Shown: one piece after another, positions 9,737-17,998 of the stretch
Layout of the letters: each line of letters opens with the position of its first letter
Numbering within the stretch: the first letter of the stretch is position 1
IMG/VR virus record: IMGVR_UViG_3300033066_001466
Span: 10,720-74,719 of that record
Source of the DNA: a virus
Taxonomy: Duplodnaviria; Caudoviricetes
Length of the DNA stretch: 64,000 nt
Direction: 5' to 3' (one strand)
The notes under the pieces: generated by a model
The model's input: only the letters and a program-made list of their open reading frames with translations
Database searches by the model: none
Told to the model about the DNA's origin: nothing
Program-made: the position numbers and the translations under genes

Positions 9737-9996
9737 TGATGGCCGAAACTTATTATAAGCAATGTGAACTAGTGAAAAAAGATGGAGTCTCTACTCTTTA
9801 TCAAATCTCTTGGATTCCAGAAAAATTTGCTATTAAAGGCAAAGTCTTAAAACTTAAAGAGGGACAAAACTGGAATGACCATTGGATTGTGTCTACAGTG
9901 AATGATATTCGTCGATTAGAAAAACATCTTCCTGACCCGCATATTGATATTAAGAGACACAGGAAAAATACTGGCGATAGTTTACCGAAAGAATAG
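9736..9996 (+). CDS. hypothetical protein
   Basis: 86-aa coupled ORF. Confidence 0.6.
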   Translation: MMAETYYKQCELVKKDGVSTLYQISWIPEKFAIKGKVLKLKEGQNWNDHWIVSTVNDIRRLEKHLPDPHIDIKRHRKNTGDSLPKE

Positions 9997-9997
9997 T

Positions 9998-11053
9998 ATG
10001 TTGGTAACTCACTTAAGAAGTTCGATGTTAAGTTCGTTGGAATTTTGTCAACAAAAAGTTTTGATTTCCTACGTGATAGGAATTAGAGAGAAGGCCAATC
10101 CTCGCGCAGATATGGGTTCAGCGGTTCACAAATCGTTAGAATTACTTGCTCTTCGTAAATTTGCGGAACAAAAAAAAGAAAAAATCATTGAAAATGAAGC
10201 TTTAGATAGGCCTTATGATACAAAAGAAATATCAGTAGATAAAGCATTCTCCTTGGGGTGGGAACATCAAAGAAAAATATCCCCCGAATTTTCGCAATGG
10301 ACAGACGAAAAAGAAATAGATAAGTACCGAAAGATGTACAATTCCCTATTAAAGTATCAGGGGGGCATCTATAATCCGTTAAATCTTAACATTTATCAGC
10401 CAGAACAATTTTTTGAATTTGAGATTAAGAAACCGTGGGCCAAATACTCATACAATATTGCCGGAAAAGAACTGTCAGGATATCTTAAGCTTCGCGGCAC
10501 TGTAGATTTAATTATAATTAATGAGGATGGAAGCTATTCAAGTCTTGATTATAAGACGGGCAAACGTGTAAATTGGGCCAAAGGAGAATGGTACAAACCA
10601 AAAATTAAAGAATATAATGACCTCAAAAATGATAAACAACTAATATTATACTATTATTCTTTGGTTCAAATTTTAAAAACGTATGATATCAGTTCGATTA
10701 TTTATTATTTACAAGACGGTGGCCCCTATGAATTTGCTTTTGATGAATCAACTTATAAGTTAGCAGAAAGTATGATTCGAGACGAGTTTAAGAAAATAAA
10801 CGATATTCAGAAACCAACTCTTACTAAAAATTTAGGCAACTCCGCCGAAAATTTCTATAATAAAAGGAAATGCACTTGGTGCGACTATAATAAAATTCAA
10901 CCAAAAATTAGCACAAAGAAAACGGTATGTGAGTTTTTTAGGTCAGAAATTGTAGATTTGGGGATGCAAAAAGTTTTAGATAAGCATGTTAAGATAGAGA
11001 GTTTAGGAGCATATTCTGGAGGGGGGAGGGAGAAAATTGCAGAGGGTACATAG
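9998..11053 (+). CDS. PD-(D/E)XK exonuclease, Cas4/RecB-like
   Basis: GTVDL, LDYKTG, QLILY motifs; N-terminal Cys plus C-terminal CxxC..C, consistent with an Fe-S cluster. Confidence 0.8.
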   Translation: MLVTHLRSSMLSSLEFCQQKVLISYVIGIREKANPRADMGSAVHKSLELLALRKFAEQKKEKIIENEALDRPYDTKEISVDKAFSLGWEHQRKISPEFSQWTDEKEIDKYRKMYNSLLKYQGGIYNPLNLNIYQPEQFFEFEIKKPWAKYSYNIAGKELSGYLKLRGTVDLIIINEDGSYSSLDYKTGKRVNWAKGEWYKPKIKEYNDLKNDKQLILYYYSLVQILKTYDISSIIYYLQDGGPYEFAFDESTYKLAESMIRDEFKKINDIQKPTLTKNLGNSAENFYNKRKCTWCDYNKIQPKISTKKTVCEFFRSEIVDLGMQKVLDKHVKIESLGAYSGGGREKIAEGT

Positions 11054-11056
11054 AGT

Positions 11057-11085
11057 CGGAGTATATAGTCTCTATAGGAGACTAT
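11057..11085 (+). promoter_or_regulatory. putative late promoter CGGAGTATA with SD-sequestering hairpin
   Basis: ATAGTCTC(11065-72) pairs with GAGACTAT(11078-85), covering GGAG. Confidence 0.7.
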
Positions 11086-11086
11086 T

Positions 11087-11788
11087 ATGCGAAAAAAGAA
11101 ACCTGTTATTAGCGGTTGGCAAAAAGATTTTATCAGATTAGCTTTTCCATATCATTCTGCACAAGATATAGCTGATATTCTAGGTGTACAAAGACACATT
11201 GTTAGAGAATTTGCACAGCCTGAAAAATTACAAAAAGAATCTCCTTATCTTGAGAATGGAAGAAAAATAAATAAATTAACTGTTTTAGAATTATTACCGA
11301 CTAGAGGTAAAAAGAATTTATTATATAAATGTCAATGCGATTGTGGGAAAATAGTTAATGTTAGAAGCTCTTTAATTAAGAAGGGCGGAACTAAAGCTTG
11401 TAATAGATGTTATGGAAAACAGTCTAGAATAGATTCATACGCATATAAAGATACTAATAAAGCAGTTTGGTCAAGAATGATGTCACATGCTTATGAAAGA
11501 GGAATAGAATTTAATATCAAAATAGAAGATTTATATGAAATGTTAATAAAACAAGATAAAAAATGTAAATTCAGTGGTTTACCAATAAGTTTAGATTGTA
11601 ATTCTAATGGAGATAAAAGGACAGCATCTTTAGACAGAATAGATAAAAATAAACCATATGAAAAAGGAAATGTACAGTGGGTTCATAAAAAAATCAATTT
11701 CATGAAAAATTCACTATCTGACGAAGAATTTCTTGAGATGTGTAAACTTGTTGTAGAAAATCAGAATAAGGCCGAAAAAGACAAATAA
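11087..11788 (+). CDS. free-standing HNH-like homing endonuclease
   Basis: CQCDCGK, CKFSG, ASLDRID...GNVQWVHKKINFMK. Confidence 0.8.
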   Translation: MRKKKPVISGWQKDFIRLAFPYHSAQDIADILGVQRHIVREFAQPEKLQKESPYLENGRKINKLTVLELLPTRGKKNLLYKCQCDCGKIVNVRSSLIKKGGTKACNRCYGKQSRIDSYAYKDTNKAVWSRMMSHAYERGIEFNIKIEDLYEMLIKQDKKCKFSGLPISLDCNSNGDKRTASLDRIDKNKPYEKGNVQWVHKKINFMKNSLSDEEFLEMCKLVVENQNKAEKDK

Positions 11789-11793
11789 CGACA

Positions 11794-11822
11794 TTGACAG
11801 ACTTCGATAGTTATGTTATAGT
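11794..11822 (+). promoter_or_regulatory. sigma70-type promoter
   Basis: TTGACA-17nt-TATAGT with TG extended -10, upstream of dut. Confidence 0.7.
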
Positions 11823-11857
11823 GAGCTTTCAAATTACAGGATAAAGGAACGAAAGAA

Positions 11858-12478
11858 ATGAGCAAGATTATTCTTCCCGATGATATTAAACAAGCCGAAT
11901 CAGTATTTCAGCAACAAGCTGCCGAAGAAGAAGCTGGGCAAGAAATGATGATTGGTCTCGTAAATATGTGTACCCAAAACGTAATAGCGAGCCTGTTAAA
12001 TACTCCTTGTGGAATCGTTTATTATAACGATAAAGGGGAAGTTGTCGCAAAAGAAGATAGTATAGGGTTTGAGCCAGAAAGACAGAACGAAAGAGATTCG
12101 GGCTGGGACTTAAAAGCGGCAGAAGATTTCACCCTAAAGGCTGGCGAACGATATACAACTGGCCTTAAAATTGGCGTTTTGATGCCTATTCATATGGATA
12201 TGTTTATTTTGCCCCGAAGCGGATTAGCTAATAAGTTTGGAATTACAGTTGTTAACTCGCCTGGCCTAGTTGACCAATCGTTTTTGGGCTATGAATTGAA
12301 GGTTATTCTACTAAATACTGGTAATAAAGACTGGGTAGTTAAAAGAGGTGACAGAATCGCTCAAGGAAGATTCCAACTTCGAGGCTCTAATATGCTATTT
12401 AAGGAATTCAAGGGAGATTTGAAGGATTTACAAGATAAAGTCAGCAGGAAGGGTGGAATTGGAAGCTCTGGCATTTAA
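11858..12478 (+). CDS. dut: trimeric dUTPase
   Basis: SGWDLKA, PRSGLA, NSPGLVD, GDRIAQ, RKGGIGSSG motifs. Confidence 0.9.
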   Translation: MSKIILPDDIKQAESVFQQQAAEEEAGQEMMIGLVNMCTQNVIASLLNTPCGIVYYNDKGEVVAKEDSIGFEPERQNERDSGWDLKAAEDFTLKAGERYTTGLKIGVLMPIHMDMFILPRSGLANKFGITVVNSPGLVDQSFLGYELKVILLNTGNKDWVVKRGDRIAQGRFQLRGSNMLFKEFKGDLKDLQDKVSRKGGIGSSGI

Positions 12479-12491
12479 GAAAAAGAGGATT

Positions 12492-12521
12492 CGGCGTATA
12501 CCTATAATAGGAGGTATATGC
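12492..12521 (+). promoter_or_regulatory. putative late promoter CGGCGTATA with SD-sequestering hairpin
   Basis: GCGTATACCT(12494-503) pairs with AGGTATATGC(12512-21): 10 bp with one G-U, covering part of GGAGG. Confidence 0.7.
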
Positions 12522-12522
12522 T

Positions 12523-13212
12523 ATGTTTTTTAAGACGTTTTTAAATGAAGAGAAAACAAAAGAATTCTTTGGATATTATCCAGTTGGACTATCTAGAGGT
12601 TCAAATAAAAAAGTGGTGTGTGAATGCACCAGTTGTAAAAAATTAATTATAAGGTCATATAAAAATTATCATATGGACCATCAGTGTTCTGTAGTTAGAG
12701 ATGGTAAAAAAAGATGTTTTAAATGCTTAGAATGGAAAGAATTTAAATTTTTTAATAAAAACTCTACTCTATCTGGTAAAGTTTCAAAAATGTGTAAGGA
12801 ATGTTTTAGGAATTATAAGCCAGTAATAAAATATGAAGTTAGTAGGTCAACAAGATTGAGTTCTTCTCTTGATTCTGGAGATATAGAATTTTATCTAAAG
12901 AGAAGAATTCCATGTTTAAAGTCAAATGCTAAAAAAAAGAAACTTGAATATGATTTAGACTATGAGTACTTACTAACACTATGGAATAATCAGAAGGGAA
13001 TATGTTATTATACTGGACTAGAAATGAAAAATGATATGAAACAAAAAAAATATCAAGCTTGGAACTCTCCATCGTTAGATAAATTAAACCCAAGTAAAGG
13101 CTATACAAAAGGTAATGTAGTTTGGTGTATAAGCTCTGTTAACTCTTTTAAACAATCATTGACAGAAGAACAATTTCTAGAAATGCTTAAACAAATAGTA
13201 TGGAAACAATAG
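12523..13212 (+). CDS. free-standing HNH-like homing endonuclease
   Basis: CxxC pairs, CYYTG, SPSLDKLNPSKGYTKGNVVWC..VNSFK. Confidence 0.8.
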   Translation: MFFKTFLNEEKTKEFFGYYPVGLSRGSNKKVVCECTSCKKLIIRSYKNYHMDHQCSVVRDGKKRCFKCLEWKEFKFFNKNSTLSGKVSKMCKECFRNYKPVIKYEVSRSTRLSSSLDSGDIEFYLKRRIPCLKSNAKKKKLEYDLDYEYLLTLWNNQKGICYYTGLEMKNDMKQKKYQAWNSPSLDKLNPSKGYTKGNVVWCISSVNSFKQSLTEEQFLEMLKQIVWKQ

Positions 13213-13219
13213 GAATATC

Positions 13220-15082
13220 ATGTCTTGGGTCAATCTTCACTCTAAGTCTACAGGCTCCTTACTCTCTGGGGCCTTAACTATTGAAAATCTTGTAGCCCGA
13301 AATAAGACATTAGGCTACAAAAGTGTTTCCATAATGGACCACGGCTCAGTAAGTCTAGCCTATGAATTACAGTTGGAATGTAAAAAAGCTGGTCTAAAGC
13401 CAATTTTTGGTATTGAAGCATTCGTTTGTGAGCAAGATAGCCACATAATGGATGAGTCAAATAGGAAATTAACACGAATTGGAATTATATCCAAGAATTT
13501 GACGGGATGGAAGTCCTTATGTAAAGCTGTCAGTCAGAGCAATCGAAACCACTACAAAAAACCGAGACTTGCTCTCGATGAATGGGCTGCTTATGCCGAA
13601 AATAACTGGATTATCATTACTGGATGGCCTGGAACACAAGCTCATGGATTATCGCCAGTAGATTTAGCCACCCATTTAGATAGTTTAAAGGTTCTGTTTG
13701 GCCCCGAAAATGTATTTCTTGGCATTCAGGCTATCAGTGATACAAAAGAAAATATCAGTACGTTAAGAAAGACTGGCCAAAATACAAATACACCTTGCGT
13801 AGCCATTGCAGATAGTTATTATGGTGAATCTGAGGATAGCTCTGACCAACGAGTTCTTCTTTGCTCATTACTGAAAACATCTTTGACGAAGGTTCGGGCT
13901 TTTTTAGACACTGAAGAAGCTAAAGATATAGGAGTGGCTCGATTTTTTGAATCAAACTCTTATTATATTCCCGAATTATCAGAGATTGAGGAACTACATA
14001 AGGGTTATGAGGACGAAATTAAAAATGCTTTAGTAATTGATTCCCTCTGTGAAACGTACTCATTGAGCAATAATCCTATTCTGCCGGAATTTCAAGTTGG
14101 ACTAGACGCTTACGAAGAATTAACTAATCTTTGTAGGAAAGGATGGGCCGAATTACTCAATTTTAAGAAAAGCGACCCTCGCCACGACATTTATAGGGAT
14201 AGAATTAAGGAAGAATTAAGAGTTATTAAAGGGGCAAATCTATCTAATTATTTTTTGATTGTAGCCGATATATGTAAGTTTGCTAGAGATAATGGAATTT
14301 TAATGGGAGCAGCGCGTGGAAGTTCAGGTGGATGCTTAATTTCCTATTTAGCTGGAATAACCAAAATTGACCCAATTCCGTACAATTTGTTATTTGGTCG
14401 GTTTTTTGATGAATCTAGAAAAAATTCTTTGCCAGATATTGATTTAGATTTTCAGCCCTCAAAACGTGAAGAAGTAATTCAATATATTAAATCTAAGTAT
14501 GGCGAAGACTCAGTATGTAAGATTGCAACTTTTGGTAGATTACAAGGTCGTGGGGCTATTAAAGAAGTCTTACGTGTGCATGAGGCTTGCGATTTTTCAA
14601 CAATGAACGAAATAACCAAGTATATTCCTGACGAAGCAAAAATTGCAGACGAACTTCAAGAAATGTCAGAAGATGACCACGAAAATGCCAAAATTTTGTA
14701 TTGGGCCGTAACAAATAATGCTAAACAGTTAGCTCCTTGGGTGAAACTTGAAAAGGACGGCTCTTATTCGGGCGAACTAGGTAAGTATTTTGCCCAAGCT
14801 ATTAGAATGGAAGGTTTGTATCGTCAAATTGGTGAGCATGCTTCTGGAATTATTGTTACTCCAGGCAATGTTGATGATTATTGTCCTTTGATTAAATCTA
14901 AACGTGGGATTATTGCAGGCATGCCATATCCAGACCTTGAAGCTATGGGATTAGCAAAAATTGATATCCTTGGCGTTAATGTTTTAGATAAATTAAAAAT
15001 GATTTTATTAGCAGCAGAAACAGGCGACATTTATGGCGATATTGGAAATTGTGTCAACAACAACCCATCAAATATCATCTAA
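13220..15082 (+). CDS. dnaE: DNA polymerase III alpha, N-terminal subunit (PHP, palm, thumb)
   Basis: MDHG, GIEAF, ARGSSGG, PDIDLDF, HASG, KIDILG; stops before the fingers domain. Confidence 0.9.
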   Translation: MSWVNLHSKSTGSLLSGALTIENLVARNKTLGYKSVSIMDHGSVSLAYELQLECKKAGLKPIFGIEAFVCEQDSHIMDESNRKLTRIGIISKNLTGWKSLCKAVSQSNRNHYKKPRLALDEWAAYAENNWIIITGWPGTQAHGLSPVDLATHLDSLKVLFGPENVFLGIQAISDTKENISTLRKTGQNTNTPCVAIADSYYGESEDSSDQRVLLCSLLKTSLTKVRAFLDTEEAKDIGVARFFESNSYYIPELSEIEELHKGYEDEIKNALVIDSLCETYSLSNNPILPEFQVGLDAYEELTNLCRKGWAELLNFKKSDPRHDIYRDRIKEELRVIKGANLSNYFLIVADICKFARDNGILMGAARGSSGGCLISYLAGITKIDPIPYNLLFGRFFDESRKNSLPDIDLDFQPSKREEVIQYIKSKYGEDSVCKIATFGRLQGRGAIKEVLRVHEACDFSTMNEITKYIPDEAKIADELQEMSEDDHENAKILYWAVTNNAKQLAPWVKLEKDGSYSGELGKYFAQAIRMEGLYRQIGEHASGIIVTPGNVDDYCPLIKSKRGIIAGMPYPDLEAMGLAKIDILGVNVLDKLKMILLAAETGDIYGDIGNCVNNNPSNII

Positions 15083-15407
15083 ACGTATTTCTCAGATAAT
15101 GGCCTCATTAGCCATCTCAAATAATCTTTATAAAATAGTCGATAAACCAACAGAATTAGTATATGTGCATTGCGGCAAATTGTCAAAGATGAAAAAATTA
15201 GAAGACAACATAGGAAAGGTCTTCCAAATTGGTGAAAGTCGTGCTATAATCATGTATCCTTTACAATACTTCATCAATAAGGGCGAAAGTTATATTGGTG
15301 GATTTCTTTATAGTTTGGAGATAGCAAAAAATGTCATGGTGGAGCAAAAAAGATGGGAATACTCAAACGGATACATCATCAGTAGTCCTAAAAGAGTTAC
15401 AAACTAA
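15033..15407 (+). CDS. hypothetical protein
   Basis: 124-aa ORF between the DnaE halves. Confidence 0.5.
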   Translation: MAILEIVSTTTHQISSKRISQIMASLAISNNLYKIVDKPTELVYVHCGKLSKMKKLEDNIGKVFQIGESRAIIMYPLQYFINKGESYIGGFLYSLEIAKNVMVEQKRWEYSNGYIISSPKRVTN

Positions 15408-15684
15408 GTTTAGCGAATTAGAAGATAAGCATAAGAAGTTACGTAAGAAGTATAAAAAAGTAACAGAAAATCTTGATATTATCGACGAAGTCATTCATGG
15501 ATATCTAGAGGAACAAGCTGTTGCTAAATTCTTATTGTTTGCAATTGCTGTTAAATGCGGCGGAAAGTTAGAACTCTGTAACCATGATATTGAAACAGCT
15601 AAAAAATTAGAAGCAGAACATACATTAGATTTCGCCGAAGGCGAAGATTCGGTAATTTACTCTATTAAGAGATTGGAAAAATAA
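15331..15684 (+). CDS. hypothetical coiled-coil protein
   Basis: 117-aa ORF; stop overlaps the start of dnaQ. Confidence 0.55.
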   Translation: MSWWSKKDGNTQTDTSSVVLKELQTKFSELEDKHKKLRKKYKKVTENLDIIDEVIHGYLEEQAVAKFLLFAIAVKCGGKLELCNHDIETAKKLEAEHTLDFAEGEDSVIYSIKRLEK

Positions 15685-16334
15685 TGGCTAATATTGTAGT
15701 TTATGATTTAGAAACAACCGGAATTGATGCTACTAAAGTATTTCCTATTCAATTTGCAGCACTTCCTATTGATGGAGTTAATCTAAAAATTCGGGAAGAT
15801 AACGTTTTTAATCAAATGTGTAAACCTCCAGATTTTGATTACATGATTGATTTTACTGATAGTAATGCAGCCAGTAAACAAGGTCTATGGAAGTTTCATG
15901 CTGAACATAGAGGAGTTTCTGTAGAGCAAATAATTGAATTAGTACGAACATCTCCTCCTATGGAACTTGTTTTTGAGCAGTTTCAGCAATTTATTGCTCA
16001 ATTTAAAGTTAAGTCTCAAAATCCTGTTCTTGGAGGTTTTAATATTGCTAATTATGATAACGTTATTATTAATCGTCTCTTAAAAGGTAAAAAAGGCCCT
16101 TGGAATCCAATCTTTTATCTTGATGCTATGCAGATGTGTTATACATGGCTAAGGTCTGCCGAGCTAAAATCTCATAGTTTGGACAATTTGCGACAATACT
16201 TTGGTCTAAGTAAGGGTGGCCACGAAGCACTAAAGGACTGTAAAGACACAGCTATTATTCTGACCCGATTTCTTCAGTATCAGCAACAATTAGCTATTGG
16301 TAAGTCATATTTTGCTAATGCTTTCAAATGTTAG
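15684..16334 (+). CDS. dnaQ: DEDDh 3'-5' exonuclease (Pol III epsilon-like)
   Basis: YDLETTG, GFNIANYD, HEALKD. Confidence 0.85.
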   Translation: MANIVVYDLETTGIDATKVFPIQFAALPIDGVNLKIREDNVFNQMCKPPDFDYMIDFTDSNAASKQGLWKFHAEHRGVSVEQIIELVRTSPPMELVFEQFQQFIAQFKVKSQNPVLGGFNIANYDNVIINRLLKGKKGPWNPIFYLDAMQMCYTWLRSAELKSHSLDNLRQYFGLSKGGHEALKDCKDTAIILTRFLQYQQQLAIGKSYFANAFKC

Positions 16335-16343
16335 GACAAAGCT

Positions 16344-17990
16344 ATGTATAATACTTGGAAGATTGAGGGCGAAAACCTCATATACTCATGCGGGTGTACT
16401 TTTAAAATCCGCCAATTACGTGGCGATAATTTTCCTTTGATTCATATAGGAGACCCCTATAGAGATTGGAATGTAACTTGTGAATCTACTAACATGTTAC
16501 TTGGAGATGGTAGAACTTTAGGGGTATTTCAGTTAGAAAGCAAATTAGGTCAACACTGGTGTAAAGAAGTAAAGCCGGAAGAAATTAAACACGTAGCTGC
16601 TCTAATTGCTCTAATAAGACCCGGTTGTCTTGAATCGAAAGCAGAAGACGGTATTAGTATTACTCAGCGTTATGCTACATTCAAAAATAATGAAGAGCTA
16701 GCTACTCCTGATATTCCGGTTCTTAAAGATGTTTTGTATGATAATTATTACCAAATGATTTATCAAGAAGATGCTCTTAGAATAGCTAGAGAAATAGCTG
16801 GATTTACTCCTATTGAAGCTAATGCTCTTCGTAAAGGTATTGGTAAAAAACTGCCAGAAGTTATAGCTGGTCTTAAAACTACATTCTTAAATGGGTGTAA
16901 GAAGATTGGTAAGGTAAATGAACAAGAAGCTAATAAACTATTTGACAGTATTGAAAAATCACAAAGATACTCATTTTGCGCAGGACATTCCTATGGGTAC
17001 AGTAAATTAAGTCAGATTACAGCATACGCTAAAGCCCATTTTACAAACTATTTTTATACCGCATACCTAGAAGGTGCTGAAAATAAACAAGACCCACTAG
17101 AAGAACGTTATAAACTCATTCAAGATGCCAAATTCTTTGATATTAAAGTCACTAAGCCGGACTTGAAACTAAGTAAACCTTGGTTCTCTAGTCCAAGAAT
17201 AAAGTCTATACTTTTTGGTCTCAACTCTGTTAAATCCGTTGGCGACTCCACAATTAAACAAGTTAAAGACTTTTGTACAAAGGAAAGCAATCAGTGGTTA
17301 GATATCTTAGTAAATTGTCTGTACAAAATTAATGTGAAAGCAGCCCAAAATATCATTAAGGCTGGTATTATTGAGAATGGGATGACCCGAAAACGCCAAT
17401 TACATGAATTAAATATTTTATGCGAACTTACTGCTAAGGGTCAAATTGGATGGATATTCAATAACGTAAACAATTATAGTTCTTTAAAAGAACTTTTGGT
17501 CGGTATGAATAAACTCAAGAAAGAAGGTGGCGGCTTACATTCAGCTAAAGACATCCCAAAAATTCAAGGGATGATTGATATGCTAGATAAACCTTCCTAT
17601 TCTATGGAAGATAATCCAGAATGGATAGCATCTTGCGAAGAAGAGATTTTAGGGATTGCCCTAAGTGCTAGTTTGCTTGATAATGTAAGTTCAAATATTT
17701 GTAATACCACCTGTAAAGATTTAGTTTGCGGTAAAGCTAACCCAAATATGCTTGTTAAGTGCCAAATTGATAGAGTCGAAGAAAAGATTATTGGTAAAGG
17801 TAAAAATATAGGAAAGAAGTTTTTTAGGCTTGACTTAAGCGATAGTACCGGTATAATAAGTGGAGTTATGGTTTGGCCAGAAACATATGATAAGTGTGGA
17901 CATCTTTGTAAAGAAAGAAATACTATTGTTGCCAAAGTTTATAGAAGCAACAATGGAGGCTTAGCTATTAACGAATTATTCCAAATCTAA
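16344..17990 (+). CDS. dnaE: DNA polymerase III alpha, C-terminal subunit (fingers, HhH, OB fold)
   Basis: GVFQLES, ALIRPG, IYQED, LRKGIGKK, YSFCAGHS, GLNSVKSVG, EEEILG. Confidence 0.9.
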   Translation: MYNTWKIEGENLIYSCGCTFKIRQLRGDNFPLIHIGDPYRDWNVTCESTNMLLGDGRTLGVFQLESKLGQHWCKEVKPEEIKHVAALIALIRPGCLESKAEDGISITQRYATFKNNEELATPDIPVLKDVLYDNYYQMIYQEDALRIAREIAGFTPIEANALRKGIGKKLPEVIAGLKTTFLNGCKKIGKVNEQEANKLFDSIEKSQRYSFCAGHSYGYSKLSQITAYAKAHFTNYFYTAYLEGAENKQDPLEERYKLIQDAKFFDIKVTKPDLKLSKPWFSSPRIKSILFGLNSVKSVGDSTIKQVKDFCTKESNQWLDILVNCLYKINVKAAQNIIKAGIIENGMTRKRQLHELNILCELTAKGQIGWIFNNVNNYSSLKELLVGMNKLKKEGGGLHSAKDIPKIQGMIDMLDKPSYSMEDNPEWIASCEEEILGIALSASLLDNVSSNICNTTCKDLVCGKANPNMLVKCQIDRVEEKIIGKGKNIGKKFFRLDLSDSTGIISGVMVWPETYDKCGHLCKERNTIVAKVYRSNNGGLAINELFQI

Positions 17991-17998
17991 GGATAAAA

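Noticed and set aside
9998-11053. CRISPR-Cas system because of the Cas4-like gene
   Set aside because: No repeat-spacer array or other cas genes; solo Cas4-like nucleases are common in phages.
15040-16500. Split intein or intron joining the DnaE halves
   Set aside because: No C/S-start Hint block, no HN-C/S/T end, and no intron-like non-coding sequence; the interval is fully coding.
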